Assembly: GCA_965153285.1 (NCBI GenBank)
Contig: OZ229115.1
Strand: one strand, 5' to 3'
Length of the DNA stretch: 64,000 nucleotides
From: Podarcis tiliguerta
Lineage: Eukaryota
The translations under genes were made by a program, and so were the position numbers. Under the pieces are notes generated by a model. It searched no databases and was not told where the DNA came from. It saw only the letters and a program-made list of their open reading frames with translations. Below are positions 1 to 64,000 of this stretch, in pieces (positions within the stretch are counted from its first letter, which is position 1; each line of letters starts with the position of its first letter).

Positions 1-1629
1 CTGAGTAGACATCTATAGGATTGTGCTAGAAAGGGTGCAAAAAGAGGGTACTAGAGATAGTGGTGAAGTGAGACCAATAGCAGCGGAAACAGAGAAAGGA
101 AAGTAACAGATCCGTGTGTCAGGAGACCTGTGGAAAGGAGAGAGAAACAAAAAGGGGCATAACCGTTGGAGGGAACAGGGACACCTGCTGCTGTGCAGTG
201 AAAAGAGAGAGTGAGCAAGCAAGCATATGCTGTGGGGTGTGGAGAGGAAAAATGGCTAACTGAGATGGGGAACAGAGAAAACTCTGGGTTAAGTAAAAGA
301 GAGGACAGTAATGACAGAAAGGGCTGCAGACCACCACAGAGAGGGGAACGGAAAACAGGCAGGGCTATCAGTGACAACGATGCAAAGAAGCGAATGTGTG
401 CACTATAGTCTATATAGAGAAAAAGTGGGTTAACAAAAGCAGGGCTCATATAACTCGCCCTTCGCACATTCACAGGGAGCACGATTGGGCTGGTGGCCCT
501 GCTGCTGGCTCACACCACATGTTCTACCCATGCGTAAAGTAGTCCTATGCATGCATCAGCCTGTGCGCACAGAGTGCCTCCACTTACGCTGAGATCCTGG
601 GTCAATCAGGATCGTCCCTCATGCATGCAGATGCTTTATGTTTATAGGACCACTTTACATGATGGCCAAACATGTGGCTGCTGGTCACAGCCCAGCTCCC
701 CACATCAGTGCATGAGGGTGGAATATATGAACATCTTAAGAAGAATACCAATAGGTTAGGATTACAACAACAGGGTTTTGCTACACTGGACGTCCAATGC
801 AATCCTCTTGCACTGCTAAAATGTAACAGTGGTTCTTAGTACGCTTTGAGTTGTGCATCCATGGGAAAGCATCAACCCACAAGGGCTACCTAACTAAGCA
901 AGAAGAACTGGAATGGCAATACATCGAGGAGAACTGGACCACCAAAGCCATAGGAACTCCACATGCATCTAATTCAATATTTTAGCACAAACTCACAAAA
1001 TGGATGAAAATGGACGAGAACAAATAAAGGTACCAGGTTGTGTGCAAGTTTGACATCTTTCCTCTGTGTTGATATGCCAACTTCCAGAGCAATTGCACAA
1101 TTTCTCCAGGGTGCCATAATGTGGGACATCAGCCATGGGCACCACAGCTGCTTTGCTTCTTTCAGGGATTAGATGCATTGAAAAGCACACCAAAGAAAAG
1201 CAAAAACCAACATCTACGTAAATGTGCCAAGCACTAAGCACCTATCATGTTTATCATGCTTAAGTAGGCACTCAGTCTCTTCCTAGTAGTCTCTTCTGAG
1301 TAGTTTTGTCTTTAGATTCTAGCCCAGATCTTGGTATCATTTGTTTATATGCTTGTTGGGGTGTGTGTCACATTTGTACATGTATGTTTGTATATATAGG
1401 GAAAGGTAGCCAACAAGCTGCACAAAGGACCTTCCTTCTGTTTCTTCTTCCTTGTTCAGGCAGTACGAGAAAAGAAGAGGCAGCAACAAAAAAGAGTTTT
1501 GACTTCTTTCCCCTTTGCCTGAGGCTTTAAGATTTGTTTTCTGAAACCAGCCTGTTTGCCAGTTTTGCAGACATGCCAAGGCCTCGCAAATTAAGCAGAT
1601 GAAGGATGACAAAAAAGCATTGCTTTCAA

Positions 1630-1950
1630 GTATTTAGGACAGGGTCTTTTCAGTACCAGCACCCCAGTTATGGAATAGCCATCCTGGACAGGTGCACCCG
1701 ATGCCATCTTTATGGGCTTTTCGGTGCATGCTGAATATCTTTCCAGGTCTTTAAAACTTCATTGTTTTGGTCTCTCAGTTTTAAATTTGAGGTTTAAAAT
1801 TGTTTTTAACGGTTTCAATTTTTGAAAATAATTTAATTTGTTTTATGTTGTACTTGAATATTGTATTTTATTTTCTTTATGAGCCACGCCTGTTATGGGG
1901 TGGCTACATAAATATAGTAAGCAAGCAAGCAGGCAGGCAGGCAAGCAAAT
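1630..1950 (+). mobile_element. L2-like LINE 3' end, decayed
   Basis: ggacagggtcttttcagtaccagcaccccagttatggaatag, then a T-rich stretch, gagccacgcc...tacataaat, and an (aagc/aggc)n tail. Confidence 0.55.
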
Positions 1951-3039
1951 AAGTTTGTTCCCCAGAAGCTAGGGTATAGGCTGCGATGTAGTCAGGAACA
2001 GTCACAGGCAACATTGGACGAAGCCATCATACTTTAGCCTGGCGTAGTCTCCCTTGGGAAGCAACACAACAGAAATGGAGGAAGAGGCATTTTCTTGCCC
2101 TGCTCTCTGGTATTCCTTCACTTCACTGAAGATTCCATGAACTTGGGACTTCTTCATTGAAAAGCACATGCACTACAACATACAGCTACCCTTCCCCAAG
2201 GACGTTTATAGGTGACTTAGTACTTTCAGCACTTCTCTATGAATTGATCCAAATAAGTTCACTCACTTCCTACATGGTTGATGCCATAACCCCCTTTTTA
2301 CTCACAGAAAATAACTTGCTAGTCTCAGACTTGTGTTTGCTTAATGGGCAGCAAGCTCTGCTTGGCCGTTATCAAGAGTTTGACGGCTACACAATGACTC
2401 TGGCTTCCCGTCTGAGGGAGTGATTGTATCAGGGCTTGAATGTGACACTGGCAGAATTATGTCATGTCTGGAAGACAGAATCTTATCAGGCCTCCAGCTG
2501 AAAGGCAGAGATGCCCAGCTGCAGGAACACAACACACACCCCTCTACTCTGGAGATAGTCCTTCTATCCTCTCTCTCACCCTCCCTCACTTTGTATCCCT
2601 CTTCTGGAATTACTTCTTCTGCTTTCCAGATCTCACTGAACACATGAGCAAGGAATGGATCAGTGTATTCAGAGAGAGTGGACACTAATAGGCCAAGCTT
2701 TGAATTAGGACAAACGTCAGGACCACCTTCACATGATGAAAGCACACACGGGCACAGACACATTGTAAGGATGTATGCTTTTGCTAAAATTGAATTCTTC
2801 AGGGAAAAAATACAAGCAAAGGGAGTTGGACTTGATTCCAAGAGCAAGCATGGACACCTGCATATCCAGAGCCAGTACACAGTAGGGGAGGTGTGCTCAT
2901 TGTCTGGTTTAGAAATATTGAAAGAAGAAGCTCCTTTATACAAGTGAAGCTATTGGTTCAGCTTGCTCTGTATAGACTTCACTAGCTGGCAGTGGTTTCT
3001 GAAAGGCTCTGTGAAAGGCTCTCTCATCCCTACCTCTAA

Positions 3040-3105
3040 AGTATTGAATCTGAGACTTTCTCTATGCAAAGCATATGCTCTACCACTAAGCTATGACCCT
3101 TCCCC
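3040..3105 (-). mobile_element. tRNA-like SINE head, decayed
   Basis: Minus strand reads gggtcatagcttagtggtagagcatatgctttgcatagagaaagtctcagattcaa. A related copy lies at about 20990-21090 (-). Confidence 0.65.
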
Positions 3106-4845
3106 ATTGTTTCCCACACAATGCCTTTACAGTGATGGACTGGCATTTGCCTAGAGAGTTATACATTACGGTGAAAAGGAGAAAGACCGAGACAGACAAA
3201 TCAAGATTATGATTATAGCAGTAATCAAGACCTCAGTTAGGATCATGGGCCTACTGCATTATTACATATATGTGAACATAACAGAGGAAACCGGCCCCTT
3301 CTTGTGCCATTTTACAGATGGGAAAACAGAGACACCAACTGACAGCTAACATCCCATAGGGAATCTGAACCAGACAGGAGACTGGGTGGCACTTCTGTTA
3401 GCCCCTTTTCATGTGCAAGATTGTTTTCTGTTACAAAGATTAAGTTGCCTCCTCATGTTCTTCTTCCCCAAGGTTGAAAGTTGAGTATTAGCAGCTCACA
3501 CACAATCTTCCCTATCAGGAGACCATCTGCATCCCAATGCTCTGAAAAGCCAGCCTGAATCGTTGCTAGCTTGGCTAAGGCATCATCTATTTGCCACATG
3601 CAGTGAGATACCAGCCCCCGGGTTATCATTAACCTTATTTTCTATTTCTAGAATCTCTAACTCCCCTTCTGCTTTTCCTGTAGACAGGCCACGTGCATGC
3701 CAGCACAGACCTATTTCTGCAGCCTTATAACGGAACAGATTGGTCACATGCTGTTGTCACCCACCCACACATCACTGCCTCCACCTCAGAGGGCTGAAAC
3801 AGATTCTTCTTAGAGAAGGAATATAGTTCCCTGGCTTGTTTTACCACCCAGGCAGTTTGACACATTTTAAGCTAAATTCTCAATTTGTCAATTGTGCTGA
3901 GTACCCGCAGCTCTCTCACCAGAGCGAGCTACAACCGCAGGGCCTAGGAAGAAAGCAATGGAGATGGAGGGACATTAGATATTCCTCGCTACTAGTACTC
4001 CCTGCTTTCAGAATGCTTGCATCCATTGGTCCCAGCTCCTTTCCCTGACAGTCTCACAGTCACATCACAATTACTGAAAGCAGCACAAAAAAGGATGGGT
4101 GTGTGTGAAGGAGATAAGAATGACTCATTCAGCTACTTCCCCCGCCCTTCAAGTCATATCCAAGGAAGGGACCTGCCCACCTTGCCAGTGGCAAGTTCCC
4201 AAAGATATGGGGAACTTACACATCTCACTACAGGCATAGGAGAAATAAGTCAAAAGGAGGGAAAGTAGAACGTGCAAGTCACTCACACTTTGTTTTAGCC
4301 ACCTCTTTCATCTGAATCCATCCTTAGGTACATAGAGTGTATTACAAAAGGCAGTGTATATTTCTTTGTGGATGCTGCCTTTACCATAGTATCCAAGCAC
4401 CAAACGTTCTGTGTAATGCTAAGTGGAGTGGGAAACTGAAACATGAGTCTGCAGCCTGGTGTCATAAACTAATGAATAATCCTTCCTCTCCAATTCTAAA
4501 AAGAAGTAAGAACATGCAGAGTATCTATTCTGAAGTGGCCTTGTTGTACCACTCCAGAGCAGAATCTTTAGCAGAATGTTGACAGAGTAAATGCCTTAAT
4601 TCATTAACTTCTTCAGGATCCCCAGTGTCATGTCCATAACCAGGATGCAGCCAGGATACAGATCAAACATGGACACATGTAGTTGCTTAACAAGAGCTCC
4701 CTGCTCCCACTTATTTAAGAACCTCTTCCACCAAAAACATTTGGGACATAAAATTATATAGCAGGTCCTCCAAGTTGAGACCCAGTTCCATATTAAGAAG
4801 TGTGTTAGCACTAAAGCTGCATTAAAATCCCAAACTAAGCTTTAC

Positions 4846-60118
<55,273 letters not shown>

Positions 60119-63100
60119 CTGGAGGGAAAGATATATAGTACAGGATGAAGATTAAAAAAGTGGAGTCTCTTTTTATACTCTTTCCAATGCAAACTTGCCA
60201 TCAAATTTGAAAAATAACTACTCACATACTCAAGACAGCAGATCAAATATTACTTGCCAAAGTAGTTTGTGTTAAGCATGCAACATTGGCACAGAAAGAC
60301 CACAAATAGCAGGACCTCCATGAAGCCAGGCATTTCTCTTCCACCACTGTGAAGGTTCACATTACCAGAAAGATCTGAGACCAAAGAATGATCCAGGATG
60401 CTGGAAGACTAAGCTAAAACAGAAATAGTCCTCACCAGCTATCAGCATGGGAGACTACTGGAACTCCAACATAAGAGCCATATTAATATGGAAATAATAT
60501 TTAAGAAGATAGATCCAGTGGAATGAAATTTATTTTCTTGATCTGATTTTCTCTGTGTCCATATCCCACTCCAATCCCATAGCAACACAGAGATAGTGCA
60601 GCGTCAAGTAGCTGCATATTGTTTTTAGGATGGAGAGGATGGGATCAATAGTCTTTTGGCAACAGTCAAAAGGAATAGGCACCCATTGACCTAACTCAAT
60701 TTATATTTACCCCACTCCACCTTGGTCTTTCAACTCTCAAGTACAAGCACAGATTATGTCTGTACACAGATTGGTCTAGATGGGCCAATATACCTTCATG
60801 AATGACATTCTGGATACAGATTGTTAAAAATCCTGCCAGATTCAAATATTCTAGGCAGCTGGGAATAAAATTTGTATAACAAATTAAGTAGTCACTACAT
60901 ATAGAACTATGGATATCTTTTACTTACTTGTTCTATTAAGATACCACGTTTCAGCCAAGACTCCCAACACATAATCCAAAATTTAAAACTACTAAAAAAA
61001 ACCTACTACAAAAAGAAACCAGTTGTACATAATATAGAACAGAATTCTCTCAGGCAGACTAATGGTTCATTCAGGAGCTGCTGGAATGGGCTCTCTGGCC
61101 TGTGCTTCCTCACTTCTTAAAGACACACAGGACTTTAAGTATGCCCAGTGAAGATGGGGAAAGGGCTTCTCACCCTTCTTCAGGCCACTGATATGTCTCT
61201 TCAGGAGCTGATGGCATTCCTGTGCATGATCACAGGCAATGGCTAGCCTGGTAAGCTCAACAACAAACCATGACTGGCAAGCAGAGGGTGGAGAGTTGAA
61301 GAAGTGGAAAATAGAAAGGTGTGCATGAAGGCATGGTACTTTAAAAAAGAACACACAGGCATGGGAGGGAAGTGCACTCTAATATGTCACATCACAGCAG
61401 CCATACCGCAGAGGGAAAAAATCTATGCTTGCAAAGAGCATAGGAGAGGGGTTTCATTCAGGAGCCAAGAGCAGACTGCAAGCAGAGAATAACCCCTAAC
61501 ACAAACAATCCTGTGGTACCAAAAGCGGCTGCTCCCAAAGCCCCACTTCCTCATACGTTTCTTATTTTTGCTTTGAGAAGAATTATTTTTTTTAAAAAAA
61601 TGGTACATTTCTGAACAACAAAGTCATTGTAGCCCTGCCTGCAAGACAGGTTTTTATTACAGCATAGAGACAGGAGGGGGGAGCACGGAGGTAGAGGTCG
61701 ACGGGTCATAGCCCAGCTTGGCGGTGCTGCAAACAGCATGTGGGTTCCACTGAGCTGTCAACACCGCAGCCGTAAATCAAGACTCTGGCTTCCAAAGGGC
61801 GGCTGTGCTCTCCCCAGTCAGCAGAGGCACTTGCAGGGTGTGTCCCAGAGAAAGAACCGCTTGTTAATTTTCCACATTTCCAGCTATAAAGAACAAAGTT
61901 ACTTTCCGTCAGGCATTTAAACCTTACATACTGTACCGTACTCTCTCTGTTTGGAGGAGCAGCTGATTTTCAACACATGGATCAAATTAGTGTGTGCACA
62001 CTTACCCGTATGCAATATAATTGCATACACCATGGCATGTAAATGCAAGACAGAGACTGTATTGTTGTAGCTACGAATGAGACTGATGCATAACTTAAAC
62101 ATGGGCACAACCTAGTTTTGCAGTGTAGATAGATATGCATGTGTGCTACGTGCAACGCATATGGACACACATTGTAAACAAGAGTATCTACACACATGTT
62201 ACAAAGTGATCTCATGAATATCTCTCATGCATACACCATATCTGGGAACACAGCAGGGATGTTTGCAAGTAATTTTATTTCCACAACAGTATGCAGCACA
62301 ATTATAAGCAGGAACATACTCATCACACAGCTATGAAAAACACATGAGCAATTTTTAAAATGTATTTTAATATTTTAAAGTTTCAATATGATCTGTGTTG
62401 CATACTGCATGTACATCAGATTTGCCATGCATGTAAACTTTAAAGGTTAGCATCACTATTGGTTTGGAAGCGCACCATATGTGTGTCTTTAAGGCAGACG
62501 CCCAATTTTTTTCCAGGTGACTTTACATTAAGACACCACACAGGTGTCCAAAGGATACCAGGTGTTTTATTACAGTTTCACTAAATGCTAAAAGAAGCGC
62601 AAGATTGCAAACACAGCCTTTAGAAGCAGCTTACTGGCTAAAAAGCAACAAAGTTACAGACACTTCCTCAGCCACACAAACAGTGCTAAAAGTCTTTTAT
62701 AGCAATTTCTCTACCCACCCACCCACAATATCAACAAACCTAATACAATTGTCAGTCATATAAAACTCAAAAACATGCTCCTAAATATATACTTTACAGG
62801 ACAAACAAGCACTGAAACTGCATTGTGTTCATTTGAGAAGACATGCAGCAACAATGGAAAATGCCACAGACTAAATAATTTTTAGACTTGGTGTTTTCAA
62901 TAAAGTTCACTGGTCCACATGTCAACACATGAAAAGTAAGATATCAACAGTCCATTTCTGTATAAATAGCTCTATAAATCTAAGGTGGTGTGTGTTGCCT
63001 TCTTCGGAAATGAAAGCGAAGTTTCCTTGGATTTGCCTACTATACAGGCATCAACCAAAATGACAAAAGAAAACAGTCGCAATGAAATCCCATTCAAAAT

Positions 63101-64000
63101 TCAACAGGTTTAAAGTTTCAGCTGCACCATCTGGCTTCCAAATACCTGTGGCAACTGCTCAGGCAGCACTTTCATCCTCTTCCAATGTGTACAGAACAGC
63201 CTGCGCCTTCCCTTTAAAAGCTTCCATTTTGCAGCAATTTTTGCCCAAGGACAGTTGCCCCAAGGAAGGGTGGATTTGACTGCAATTTAAGAGGGTTGGG
63301 TTTTAGTCATGGCACAGTTGTACTGACCTTCCATGTGACCTGGATTGAATCCATTCCGCTCTGTGTCCTTATTGACTAAAGTGTGGATTTATAATATCAC
63401 TGACCTCACAAGAAAGAACACCCAACTGAATAGGTAAGTTCAAGGATCGTTGTAAAATCCTTCCAACAATTTGACAAATGAAGAAATAGAGGCTCAGAAG
63501 AGAAGATAACTGTTCCTTTATAACGCAGAGTAAGAATCAGGAACAAAACTGGAGTCTTATTTCACCTAACTCTCCGACCCTCGGAAAGTCTTTCAGCACT
63601 TCACACGTCCGCTTCCTAATCTCTCTTTCAATGCTTCACTATTTTAATTAATTATGCTTCATTAGTTCAATCAATCAATTAATTAGCCAATCAAAGTTCA
63701 AGAGGAGTCCTACACAAATTGAGGAGAGAAAAGAGCTCTACTACAACACTAGTGCCATAATGATCGGAAGGCCAGCTTGCCAGAAGAAACTGGGATGCTG
63801 TAGCCAGCTGTATGAAGTCTCCAATAGACCCCATTTTAATTGCATTAGCCACACAACAGTAGCTTTGTTCACAAGGGGACAGCAGGGACAGCCCCCTGTT
63901 TTATGGGCTTTGGGAACCCTGTAAAGTCTGTGTGAGTTTATTAAGCTTGGTAGTGGCTTGTGCAAGAAGAATACAGCTCGTGACGGGTGCCGGAACATGT

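Noticed and set aside
51-482. 143-aa ORF and overlapping L/F/S/P-rich ORFs
   Set aside because: Artefact of the pyrimidine-rich strand, which has few stop codons. No recognisable protein.
2000-2175. Minus-strand frame CMCFSMKKSQVHGIFSEVKEYQR, loosely like [22 protein letters not shown] of the forkhead wing exon
   Set aside because: Lacks the invariant W and the HNLSLH helix, spacing differs, and the acceptor is poor. Likely chance.

Overview
Vertebrate genomic DNA, almost certainly a squamate reptile and probably a lacertid lizard (full-length Sauria SINE, lizard-type Tc1/mariner and hAT MITEs, CR1 and L2 LINE fragments). The whole window lies inside one minus-strand gene, FOXP4. I mapped 11 consecutive coding exons, numbered 3-13 after the mammalian gene from memory. 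All have GT-AG boundaries and compatible phases, and together they give 1311 bp / 437 codons: Q-rich region, C2H2 zinc finger, leucine zipper and the N-terminal half of the forkhead domain. The start exon lies beyond position 64000. The exon encoding the recognition helix (NAVRHNLSLHKCF...) was not found and should lie below position 1. The rest is intron with transposon relics, microsatellites and several enhancer-like blocks. No prokaryote-type system is present. The most interesting leads concern FOXP4 isoform control. (i) In the intron that splits the forkhead domain, a strong phase-0 acceptor opens onto TIVHTFASLHRCH*, in register with NAVRHNLSLHKCF, beside a CpG-rich block carrying UGCAUG motifs. 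(ii) A 152-codon in-frame candidate terminal exon lies in the same intron. (iii) A stop-containing candidate exon sits in intron 3, the same position as FOXP2 exon 3a. (iv) An intact PLNLV motif spans a tandem acceptor. (v) Inverted MITE pairs bracket exon blocks. All five are sequence-based hypotheses that need RNA or alignment data.
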